Both the position numbers and the translations under genes were made by a program. A model generated the notes under the pieces. The model did no database searches. It was not told the DNA's origin and saw nothing but the letters and a program-made list of their open reading frames with translations. Shown here in pieces: positions 37,001 to 48,495 of a stretch of 64,000 nucleotides of DNA (the stretch's first letter is position 1; every line of letters begins with the position of its first letter). The stretch comes from Octopus bimaculoides (lineage: Eukaryota): positions 164,922,225-164,986,224 of the forward strand of contig NC_068982.1 of NCBI RefSeq assembly GCF_001194135.2, in the 5' to 3' direction.

Positions 37001-37752
37001 ATACACTTGTGTTCTGCAATGGAACGCAAACCCAGACGAGTGAAAGTTTATCTACTCATACGCATTACATGCAAGCATCGACTAGTTCAGGTAAATTAAA
37101 ATACACCAAGTGCTCTCTTCACTTAAAGAAAAGCGCCTTCCGACTTTGTTAGTGACCGGCCTGAATTATGCAAAGAGAAAAAAAGCTTAAAATTATGACC
37201 AAAACACATATACTTACCTGCGCACATACATTCATGCAAAATGTGTGCATGATATTACCTACACTTGAGACATTACAAAGTTGCGAAAAATATTTACAAT
37301 ACAGGAAGGTTATTCCTGATGGATGCATCAAAGATATGTCAGAAACAAAATGTCTTTACATCTTCAACATAAAGAGTACCGGTAGAATATACCAGTAAAA
37401 ACAGGAATCCAATGCAAATGCAACCGACCTTATGTTGTTCTGAGAGGCAAAGGACAAAATTTATGCAACACAGAAGAGTTGGCTAGAGATGTTAACGTGC
37501 CATGAAATGTTCAAGACAAGAAGAGCACATACGATGAAAAAATAATCTCGCCATAAATTTTCATTTGTACCTCTTACCACAGGTGCAATAGGGTATGTAA
37601 CAACTTAGAAATCTTTTTATGAAGAGGAATAGAATCTGACGTGCACCCTCCACACCCAATTTATTAGGGTCACAGTGAAAATTTGCAAGGCATATAAAAT
37701 ATTCTCCAGTGGAGATTCCTTAAATTAATACATGCACACACTTGAAAAACTT
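34057..37752 (+). mobile_element. R4-clade RLE LINE copy A, near full length but heavily decayed, with a 525-bp insertion
   Basis: GKSPRRGLIVDYWYRKFT..RPIACLN; PPSWIIEPLHLVK; FVDD region at about 35712; RNIWNSEMSVFNK..AFTVPLLVP; CCHC region 36650-36780; nuclease resumes at about 37365 (NIPVKTGIQCKCNRP); ends in (ACAT)6. The 5' limit (34057-34300) is inferred. Confidence 0.85.
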
Positions 37753-37777
37753 ACATACATACATACATACATACATA

Positions 37778-40110
37778 GAAGGGACCTAAAATTTCGATAT
37801 TGATACAAGAGGCTGATATTTTTATAGAAACCAATTGATATGTATGTTCAAGAGGACTATGGAAGGTCAGACTGATATACCAAATTGGCTTGCTACAACA
37901 AGGACAAATCTTGTTGCCAAAAATGAAATCACTGAGATGGCAGAAAACTACAGGCTCATTGTTTGCCTAAACATTATGTACAAACTGTACGCCGTTGCCT
38001 CAACCAATTCCTCCAGGATCATTATGAGTCAAACAGCATTGTGACTGATGAATAGGCTGATGGAAAGAAGGGAGTGTAGGAACATGCCGAACAACCATTA
38101 ATTAACAAAGCTTTATTGTTTGAAGTAAGAAATCAACGCAGAAACCTTGTGACAGTATTGCTTGGCTATAGAAAAGCTTTTGAATCTATCCGTCATTCAT
38201 GACTGTTGAAGTGCTTACATCTGGTAAAGGTACCTACTATCTTAATTGCTGCTATAAAGAGAATCACAAAGGCACGAAGAACTACTCTTACCCTTACAAC
38301 AGAGAACAGCATAATTGTTTCTAATAGTATAGGCATTACAAAGGGAAAATTTCAAGGAGATAGTTTTTCTATACTTCTTTTCATTTTTGCACTGAATCCA
38401 TTATCGTTTCTATTGCAGAAAACAAATGGTTACATGCCAGGATCTTCAACTGCTAGAAATATCAATGTTATTCATAATTTCATTCTAAACGATTTGATGC
38501 TAAAAAAACAACTGGAATTGATAACATTTTCAGCTGATATAGGCATGGAATTTGGCCAAAAGAAATGTTCATATTTGGTTATAGAACGAGGTAAGTCAGT
38601 CCCCCAAACCCAAATTCAACGGTCTCTCTTTCTCCCCATTCCACACAAAGAATGTTACAAGTACCTAGGCATAGACGAAAATATATCATATGAAGGCTCT
38701 ATGAATACAGATAGAGTGACCCGAGAATATTACACCAGACTTAGGAAAATATGGCAGTCGGAACTCTACTCTTACAACAAAACAATATTTCACAATGCAT
38801 TTGCAGTACAAGTGCTGATCCCAACGTTTGGGATACTTGTTTGGTCTGTCGAGGAAATCCACTCCATAGATATCAAAGCCTGCAAAATCCTGACAAAAAC
38901 TGGGAACTTCCACAGAAACAATGACGTTGACAGGCTCTACCTGAGAAGAAACAAAGGTGGTAGAGGCCTGTAATCAGTGCAGATGGCCTTCGAATACCGT
39001 ATGATATCATCCAGGCAGCACCTGCTGAATAGCAGCAGTAAAAATTAATATATGAATGCAGTCCTGAAAAGTGAAGTGAGCAACATTGTACGAGTTGTCA
39101 GTGAACACCTCAAGAAACACTTTTTTTCCTGATGATCTCCTATGCAGCCCCAAAACAGGTGTGCGCTCTTACCTCAAAGAAGACCTGGATGGAAAGCACA
39201 CAACATACAAAAAAATAAAGACCATGCATGTGTATGTTGCCCGAAAGCTTGAAGAGGACATTAGAATTGACACGAAGCGCAGCCTCTCTTGGACACAAGA
39301 CTACTACATCACATCACACTTTGAAAGCTGTGTTTGCAATCCAGGAACAGGAAATTGTCACAAAGTACCTGGTGAACAAGAGAGACAGTGACACTCTTGT
39401 AATACCAAAGCGCAACCGCATGTGTAGGATATGTCATGTTTCTGTGGAAGCCTTTACCATGTGATTAGTAGCTGTCCTAAATTGTCGTCGCGGTACTACC
39501 TCCATATTCAACACGATGTTGTTGCTAAAACAATTTACAATGCCATCTGTAAAAGAAACTGTTCTGAAATTAACTTAGAAATCCCTCTCCTCTCTTATGG
39601 AATACATTCATAAATACCAACTCACAAATTACTGGTTGAATATTCCCATCAAAACTTCTGACAAATGTAAGCATAACAGGCCGGATATTGTTGTTTATGA
39701 CTGAGGGGCAAAGGTATGTACCATCATGGAGGTTAGCTGCCCTGTAGATACAAATAACTCTTTGGAAATCAAGGAAAAAGAGGGTAGTTATGGACAACTA
39801 CTTCGAAATCGCCAGCTTCTATATCCAGACTATGAATTCATATTCATACGAATAATAATTGGAGCACTAGGTTTTGTTAGTAAATGCTTAAAGGAAAATT
39901 TGAATAAACTTGAATTTTCAGGAAGAGAAAGTGGCCAGTTGATTCGTACATTACAAGTCAAATCTGTGAGTGGAACAATAAAAATATGCAAGAGTTTTCT
40001 CAAGTTCCAAATGTGAAGTTGTCTATGTTAATTACATCCCAAAGATGGAGCCTTGTATCTTTGTTGGAAACCGCGCAGTGAAAGATTTATAATAATCAAA
40101 AATAGAAGAG
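37778..40110 (+). mobile_element. R4-clade RLE LINE copy B, 5'-truncated (RT, CCHC zinc finger, PD-(D/E)XK endonuclease, 3' UTR)
   Basis: ORF 38206-38973 (GKFQGDSFSILLFIFALNPLS, YKYLGIDE, VDRLYLRRNKGGRGL); CRICHVS..HVISSCPKLSSRYYL..HDVVAK; KHNRPDIVVYD; MEVSCPVD..EIKEKEGSYGQL; stop at 40016. Catalytic DD is degraded to ND. Confidence 0.95.
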
Positions 40111-40135
40111 ACATGTATGCATACATACATACATA

Positions 40136-40785
40136 CAAGAGTTGGACAAAATAATGGAAACATTAAAATTTCAAACAAATTCATTTTAATATGGAGTAGG
40201 ACCGCTTTTGGCAGTAATTACAGCTTGAATTCTTCGAGGTATGGACTCGTACAAAGTTTGAGATGTTTCCAAATGAATTTTTGTCCATTCTTCAGCTAAA
40301 ACATTCTCCAGTTCTTGTATTGATGATGGTGGAGGATATCGACTCCTTACTTCTTTTTTCTAAAATGCAACACACATGTTCAATGATATTGTGATCTGAG
40401 GACAGTAATGTCCAGATAAGATGTTCAACTTCACTAGAATGTTCCTCGTGTCATGCAGAAACTTTAACTGTGTGAATTGGTGCATTATCAACCTGAAAGA
40501 TTGCGTTTCTCTCCGGAAACAGTTCCGCAACCATAGGATGAATTTGATTAGATATAATGCTTAAATAGTCTTCACTATTAATTCTGCCATTAAGGGAAAC
40601 CATTGGGCCGGCGGATTTCCAAGATATAGCACCCCAGATCATGACAGATCCTCTTCCATGTTTAACAGTTGGAAGAAGGCAGTAAAGGATGACTCGTCCG
40701 AGAAAATAACATTCTTTCACTGCTCTAGGGACGAATTCTGTAAGATTTTACACCAGTCTAATTCCTCATCTCTTCAATATAGAAC
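40136..40785 (-). mobile_element. Tc1-family DNA transposon 3' half with one TIR
   Basis: Minus ORF LLPTVKHGRGSVMIWGAISW..FQVDNAPIH; IFSDES upstream; TIR TA|CAAGAGTTGGACAAAATAATGGAAAC inserted at a TA within the (CATA)n array. Confidence 0.92.
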
Positions 40786-40786
40786 T

Positions 40787-40798
40787 GTGTTGTTGTTG

Positions 40799-40860
<62 letters not shown>
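40787..40860. repeat. (TTG)n-(TTA)n microsatellite (tail of adjacent SINE)
   Basis: Direct reading. Confidence 0.95.
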
Positions 40861-40864
<4 letters not shown>

Positions 40865-40978
40865 TCACTGCCTGGAATCGAACTCGGAATCTTGGGGTTA
40901 GTAGCGCGCGCTCTTAACCACTGCACCATATGCCCGTGGCACAGTGGTAAACAGCGCTGGCTACTAACCCCCAGATTC
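40857..40978 (-). mobile_element. Short tRNA-derived SINE with (AAT)n tail fused head-to-head with an inverted second head
   Basis: Minus: gggcatatggtgcagtggttaagagcgcgcgctactaaccccaagattccgagttcgattccaggcagtgacctg-AATAAT (A box, B box); 40936-40978 is an inverted head copy. Confidence 0.8.
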
Positions 40979-41024
40979 TGTCTGTCTCTCTATCTGTCTC
41001 TTTCTCCCCTTCTCTCTCTGTAAG

Positions 41025-41071
<47 letters not shown>

Positions 41072-44000
41072 GTGTGCATGTGTATGTACGTGTGTGTGTT
41101 TGTATGTGTGTGTATTATGCGCTTGTTCTAACAACCAGAAGACATGGTAAAAACATGTGAAAATAATTGAGAATGGCTTCTACATCAATGTATAGAGTTC
41201 CAGAATATTTACTTATTCACATTTTTCATATATGCGTGTCTATATGTATTCCTCTATGACTAAACACCTTTTTCAGCACAGATATTCTTATGAATTGATA
41301 GATTTAAGTAAAGTTCGCGTGTTCCGTTACATAAATTGGAATGTCAACGATTATTTGAAAAGAAACTTGCTCTTAGCTTTTCCGTTATGTTTTTCTTCTT
41401 AAATCATATTTTGACACATAATTATTAAAGTGTTGACACTTTCGTTTGTCATATTCAATGAATTTATAAGCAAAGCAACGCTATTTTAATGAATATGAAA
41501 TTTTTATGTGAAAATAACTGTTTGTGTAGTTGCTAATATTTATCCATCATATTTTTAACAGTTATGTACCCAATCGAAAACAGTACTATAGATGCGAAAC
41601 AAATGGAAAATATATCTCCATCATCATAAACGCCATGATAATGACCATCATCAGCACCACTATATTTTATCGAAGCGCCATATTTCGTCGTCGTCGTTGT
41701 CATCATCATCATTTTCATCATCATCATTGCCATATTAAGATAACAATTCACAATAATAATGATTATTTTCAATATTTATCTACGTCTGTTTTACTCAGAA
41801 ACAAATTAGATTTGTTTAAATACTGACAGTATTATATATTATTGCGATATTTTGTTGGTATTTTTATTTGCTATAATTTTTTCATTGAAAATGTCTTTTT
41901 AAAGAGAACGCTTTTATCTCCATTCAACTTTTCCAACTTCTTCAAAAGTAAACTTAATACTATTTATCAATACATATTTGGGATTTCCTTGTGAATATAT
42001 CTGAATAAGTTGTTACAGGAAGAGCAATTGCGCACGTTGCATATTGGCTCAGTCGTTTTCGTGTAAAGTTAACTTATTAGGTATTATACATTTTATGATC
42101 TGGCTCGTTTGGCGTACGAAAAAATTCTGTTTCTGACATTTTCTTTACAAAAACATTTACTTATATATCTGTTTCACTTTCGGAGATTTTTTAATTATGT
42201 TTTTTTTCTTGTTTTTTTTTTCTTTTTCAGGAAATCGCAGTAAGCTGGTTTGTGGCATGTATTTTGGTTGATTATACTCCTCTACGTTAATATTTATGTT
42301 ATTACTGACGCTTAACATTCTAGTTTCTAGCTCTCTCCATTTGAATCTTGTAAATTTTGCCATGCAATACAAGAATATCTTGATGTCTTATAATAAGCTA
42401 TTGCCTGCAAAGTCTCTTAGCTTCATTTTGTATCTCTAAAGCAGCGTATATTGTTTATATTTGATACTGAGAGTGTTAATATATTTGAAGACTGATTCGT
42501 TATACTTGGCTAAACTATAAAACTGTTGTTTAGCGTTGTAGTATTTTGTTAACTCAAAGTTGAAGTCTTTCATGGAACTACCTGCTAACCAGGCTGGTGC
42601 ATATCTATGTTTCTGAGGTGTCTTTTTGATTGAAAGTAGAACACCTCCCTGCACTGGGTGCTAGTCAGCTGAAAGTCTAAATGCAGCTACTACAGGTACT
42701 AACTTTAACTGAGAAGACGAGAAAAACATAAATCGAACCACCTTGCTCAAAAACGACTGCTCCATATAATCAAATTAATTTAAAATCGTGAGATTAACTC
42801 TGTAACCGAGAGGCAATGTGTCTTCACCTATATTACCTGTTATCTTTTATATTTTTTCGTCAGATCCAATTCTGTCCTTTCTGCAATTCTGCTCATGAAA
42901 AGGTAATCCATTCACTGCGAAAGAAACAATTAAATCGGATCATAATATATTCAATAATCTGTGCCGCATAGCTTCACTAGTTCATTGATAGACCTAATAT
43001 AGATTTATTACAGCATTTCTTATTTAAACAATTTTATCATTAGATATTCTCAGACAATCTTGCAATAGTCATGCCATAAATTATAATTATCTCCGTGAGT
43101 CCTTATTCCTCTTATTGTTTCTTTTGCCTATAATAGCTTAGCCAAACAGTAAATCTAAAATCCAAATATGGCGATTTGTTTGCATACTACATATTAAAAT
43201 GTATGCATGACATGGCATCAGGGGTACTTCCATTACTTATGAATGGTATCGATTTTGTTAGAGACAAAATACGCACGTCTTCGATAACAAACAATTCAGA
43301 AAGTACTTTCTCTGCGTCGTGGAATATATTTATCGTTTTCACTTGATATTTATATTTCATGGGTTGAATTAATTTGTACAAAACTTCCACCTGGATTGTT
43401 ATCAATGTATTATTCGTAGTGTATATATTTTCTATAGCAAAATTAACTTGAAAATAATATCCTAAATATCACGTCAGTATGATAGCAAATATATCATGGG
43501 GAATCTTAAAACTGAATATGTATATTTATAACTTGTTTCTGATGGTTTTGAAATGATTACAATTCCTGAAAGTACAGTTAAAGCTGTGTTACAAGAAGGC
43601 AATTTTAGTGAAATTAGTTAAAGTATATGATATTCTTAAAACGATGTAGGTAATATAATTTACCTGTGTATGATGTAGGTAAAGAACCAAATGAAGACAA
43701 TCATACACTTGATGATTATGCTATTAACAGTAACTATTTATGACTTCGGTATTCTTGATGTGCACCGCATTTTAGTGGTGCAGGCTGTTAATATACTTCA
43801 GCAGTTCCCCAATGATATGAGAGTTCTCTTGATTTAGTGATATTTTAATGTATTGTCTATCATGTAGTCTATGCGATTTATGTGACTTATGTTATTTTGT
43901 TGGGTATTGTTTCTTAAATGCTGTTCTATTGGTTTTTATGTAAATTACATGTATATTACATGTGTGCATGATTTGCGTAATATTGATGAGTTCTAGTCTT

Positions 44001-44212
44001 TGTTGTATATGATGATAATTGTGTGAGTCGATATCACGCTGTCGGATATTGGTGAAGAGGAGTGCAAGTTGTGTTATTTGATAGTTGACCGCGGACCAGT
44101 AGCGAACCATGTATCCTTTTGATAGTAAGCTGCACAGACAGACGAGTAGCCAGCAGGATGTTTTTGCATTATACATGTATGCATTATACACGAAAGAATT
44201 AAATTTTGTATT

Positions 44213-44590
44213 TTGCACCTATTTGTGTTTTGTTATGCACATGATCACACAGTGTTAATTGAGAAAGAAAGCAAACAGTGCTGGATCATAGATATAGCAT
44301 GCCCAGCTGACAACCAGGTATGCGATAAGGAAGAAAGATATGACAGGTTAGCTTGGGAGTTTAAGCAGTTATGGTCGATGAAAAATGTGTTAGTAATGCC
44401 AGTGATTGTCGGAGCCCTGAGAACAGTGAGTAAAAGATCTTGAGAAGTACATAGAACAAATAGGTGCTGCGATAAGGGTGGAGCACTTGCTTGGAACCGC
44501 TCGAATACTCAGGATGGCACTCGAAAAATATGGGGTGTTACTTTAGCTCACCGGTAGTAAAAAGCTGGCACTATAATATATCTCCAGCGT
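44213..44590 (+). mobile_element. Dong-type (R4 clade) LINE 3' end (RLE C-terminus and 3' UTR) followed by (AAT)/(GAT) array
   Basis: CWIIDIACPADNQVCDKEERYDRLAWEFKQLWSMKNVLVMPVIVGALRTVSK..EKYIEQIGAAIRVEHL..GTARILRMALEK; tail caacaacaataaacaataataat. Confidence 0.92.
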
Positions 44591-44666
44591 TAGAAGCTGT
44601 GCAACAACAATAAACAATAATAATAATAAGGATTATGATGATGATGATGATGATGATGATGATAAC

Positions 44667-44715
<49 letters not shown>

Positions 44716-44730
44716 GCAATAATAATAATA
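44590..44730. repeat. (AAT)n/(GAT)n compound microsatellite
   Basis: Direct reading. Confidence 0.96.
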
Positions 44731-44854
44731 CGAAAACTTCAAACCTGTGAGTAAAATTTTAACTGTTAAATACTAGGATTGTTTTCTTTCCAAACAGTCT
44801 AACCTGTTGTATATATATGAATATAACAACAACAAAAACAATAATAATAATAAT

Positions 44855-45820
44855 AAGATTGGTACTGCACACGAAATTGACCGGATAGAAGACCACGATT
44901 GATGCTGCGCACAAAATTGACCGGATGAAAGACTAAGATTATTGCTCCGCTCAAAAGTGACCGGATGGCTGACCAAGATTGGTCCTGCTCCTAAAATTGA
45001 CTGGATGGAATAAAATCCAAGCAGATAATGCACGGGCGATAGCATCACCGGTATAGAGCTGGAATTATAAAATGGCAAAGGAAAGAGTTGATGAAAATGG
45101 ATGCAAAAACAAGAAAAATTTTGACAATACACAGAGCCTTCCACCATAAGTGTGACACCGATATGCTGTACTTGTCCAGAAGAAAGGGTGGGAGAGCTTT
45201 AATCAGTTGCCGGAATTGTATCGAAACAGAGGAAAACAGCTTAGCTTGGTATGTAAAAAAAGGCCGGCGTCATTAAAACTGAGAATTGTGTAATGAAAGA
45301 AAAATTTAAAGAGGAAAAGAACACAAAAAGGAAACAATGTCGAAGTAAAGAAATAAGCGTACAGTTTGCAAGAGATACTAACACCAAGACAGATACAGAA
45401 GACCGGTAGCTCTTGATGAGGAAGAGTGACATGAAGATAGAGACAGATGCACTTATATGCGCAGCTCAAGTACAAGCGTTAAGGACCAACATGTGAAGTG
45501 TAGAATAGACAACACTACCGACAGCAGCAAATGCGGAATATCTGGTGAAACGATATAGCACATTATTAGCGAATGTCCGAAATTGGCACAAAGCAACTAC
45601 AAAAGACGGCATGACAATGTGGCAAGAATGATCCATTGGTGGTCTCTGTGGAGATCACGGCCTACAAACATCAAATACGTGGTATGAGCAAACCCCAGAA
45701 GGAATCACTGAGAATGAGAACTGCAAAATCCTATGGAATGCAATGATTCAGTACGATCACCTAACCAGACATCGGAAACCGGACATTGTTGTGGTGAATA
45801 AAAAAGAAAGAACAACATGA
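44855..45820 (+). mobile_element. Dong-type (R4 clade) LINE internal fragment starting immediately after (AAT)n
   Basis: KMDAKTRKILTIHRAFHHKCDTDMLYLSRRKGGRALISC; ALRTN..SSKCGISGET..IISECPKLAQSNYKRRHDNVARMIHW; WYEQTPEGITENENCKILWNAMIQYDHLTRHRKPDIVVVNKKE. Confidence 0.92.
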
Positions 45821-46031
45821 CTAGAATGAAATCTATACGGAAACCTATTTCCTGCGCAGGCAACAAACTTATATATTGCTTAATCAAGGGGGCTGAGAAC
45901 GTATAAACTTAACAAGTGGGGTGGGTGTGTTTGAGGGCCTGGCTTATGAGCTTACAGTGTTATTTTTGAGTACTTCTTGTGCAAAAGTGAATTACCAAAA
46001 TAGGAAGAAAGAGGGTAGCGGATAACATTTA

Positions 46032-46235
46032 CGAGGGGGTTACTGAAAAGTTCCTGGCTTTGGGTAAAAGATAATAAAGGAGGATCAGTTAATTATTATT
46101 TTATTCACCATATTCTCCTCTCAGATTCATACACTTATAGCAGTGGTCCTTCCGTTTTTCTTAACCGTGTAAAAGAACCCGGAGGGTGAGCTTCCAGCCA
46201 GTCCTCCTTTCACGACACCCCTAAGACCAGAAACA
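46032..46235 (+). mobile_element. Mariner-like element terminal fragment
   Basis: TA|CGAGGGGGTTACTGAAAAGTTCCTGGCTT mariner-type TIR; no transposase follows. Confidence 0.65.
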
Positions 46236-48458
46236 TTCAGGTGCTGTTCTCCGAGTACCACCAGATTAGTGGTAGATCTGGAAATGGTAAATTTGAAAGT
46301 AATTACAAAGCATCGTAATAATATGAAGCCAGCTCCTGTGAACGACGAGGACCCAGAAATCTCCTCCACCAATAGAAAATCATCTAACGGCTACAAGCAT
46401 GAGAATCACGACATTGGCTTGTGGAGATAAAATGTTGGATGGAGACTTGATAAGAGCGAGAAGCTATTAAGAAAGAGATGTCCACCTCGATAGAACATGT
46501 TGGTTTAACAATTGTCCGAGTTGGCATTCTGGACCTAATAGAGAATCTGAATGGGCTCATGAAAATCACGGGAATTCTTTATTGAGTGAAGTGGTGAAGA
46601 TGAGATAACAGATTATATTAAACATAAAATGACAAACCCTTAACAAAATAGTAAAACACTACTTTTTTAATATTCGTCTAGTAAGGCACTTCTCATAGAA
46701 TGTGAGAAGTATTGCAATTTAAAGAAACTCGAAGATGGTCAGTGCTAATCCAGATGATGTAGTTTATAGAAACATTTTGAGGAAGAACTTTGAAAAAATA
46801 CATTAGAAAATTGTTATGATTATTATTATGATGATAATCGCGATGAGGTAATTAAGAACAATTATAAGAAAACTGATGATGATATAAAGGAGGGAAGAGG
46901 TTAAGGAGAGGGAGGAATAAATGTATGATGGTAATGAAATTCTCATCCATAATTTAGTATTTCTTTTTCTCTAGTCACTTTTTCTATTCATACTAAGATG
47001 CTGCTATATCATATTATTTTCCTTCGATAAAAGTTTTACTGCTCTTTTTCATCATAACCTTTTCACTTATATTTATTCTATTTATTTAATGATGTGAAAT
47101 GGATTTTATATTAAAAAGGCGTGCACATTATGCTTCAAATATAACTCCCCTAATATAGCTATAAAGCCTGGCTTGCGTGTCTGGGAGACATTCTGTGTCA
47201 TTACGTTTATAGCTCCAGATCAGGCACGAAACGAATTAATGCATTTAATTGCTGTAAACATTTTGGCAGTTTCCATTTGAAAATTACTAACTTTTGTGTA
47301 TAATTTTGTTTTTCATTTTAGCAGACAAAATGGTTCCGAATTGTCTAAAATTTCTGCTTCCATAAAATGAATGGATTACAACTATTAACGATTGAAAATT
47401 CCTTATTGATATTTATGTGTTAGTTATTCGAAATGTCATGCTAATAAGATACTTGAGCTCAATCAATCGTATAGACAGTTATTACACATGGTATTCGAGT
47501 AATATTGTTTCCTTCTGTTCAACCCTTAATTCGCTTCTTTAGTCGAAGAAACAAATGAAATTTGGTGGTGCTTATGATTTTTCAAGTGAGTTAGAAGCGC
47601 AACTATAAAATTACTTATTAACAAGAAGGAATGTGTGTATGAAATAACCACTCGGTATAAATGGATTTGGTTTTCGTGTTCTTAGTTCGAATACCAACGT
47701 AATTGACCTTCTGTGCTTTTTCCTGTTGACTCCACTTGAAGAATATTGAATATTGTTTTGTGGTAATTCCCTAAAATATTTTTCATTACATATTTGCGGC
47801 TCCATACCAAAGCATGGTGTTAATTATTTTGAAATTTACGGTTTGTGGCTAGATAATAGCTGCTTGACAGTTTCAAAACTCATAGAAACATTTCACTGTC
47901 GAAATAGGTAAAGTTAGCTAGATAATTACCAGTCATATTGTAATAATCTAACAATAACTTAGTATTGTTTCTGCCATAGTCAAAAGGAAGCAATATAAAC
48001 TGTTTTAGATTTCTACATTTGTGTGACGGTTCGCTTACTTCCGAATCCATACAGGTGATAGATAAGCTTTTGTAAATAAACACCCTGCTAATTATAGAGC
48101 ACCAGTTTAATTAGAAGGAAATGATAGGAAAAACTACACAAGATCTCACAAATCATCTATGTATACTTATGAATATACCATATATAACTAGCACGGCATC
48201 ACACACATGCACACATACACACATATACACACACATACACACACACAAACACACACACCACAACACACGTGCTCGCACACGCACACACACTCGTAAACTT
48301 ATGTATGCATAAACAGATATATGAAAGCATTTTTATATGCGTGTATGTTTGTATATATGTATACACGCATTTATATAACTCTCTGTATTTACACATATGC
48401 ATACATATGTCTGTGTGTGTGTGTTTGTGTGTGTGTGCGTATCTGTATATTTGACGAC

Positions 48459-48495
<37 letters not shown>

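Noticed and set aside
40860-40935. Possible tRNA gene
   Set aside because: Poor anticodon and acceptor stem pairing plus an (AAT)n tail indicate a tRNA-derived SINE.
44855-45012. CRISPR-like regular array
   Set aside because: Contiguous 40-bp tandem units without unique spacers, in a eukaryotic LINE context; reported as a minisatellite.
46250-46570. Possible continuation of mariner transposase
   Set aside because: No convincing HTH, WVPR or DDD motifs in any frame.
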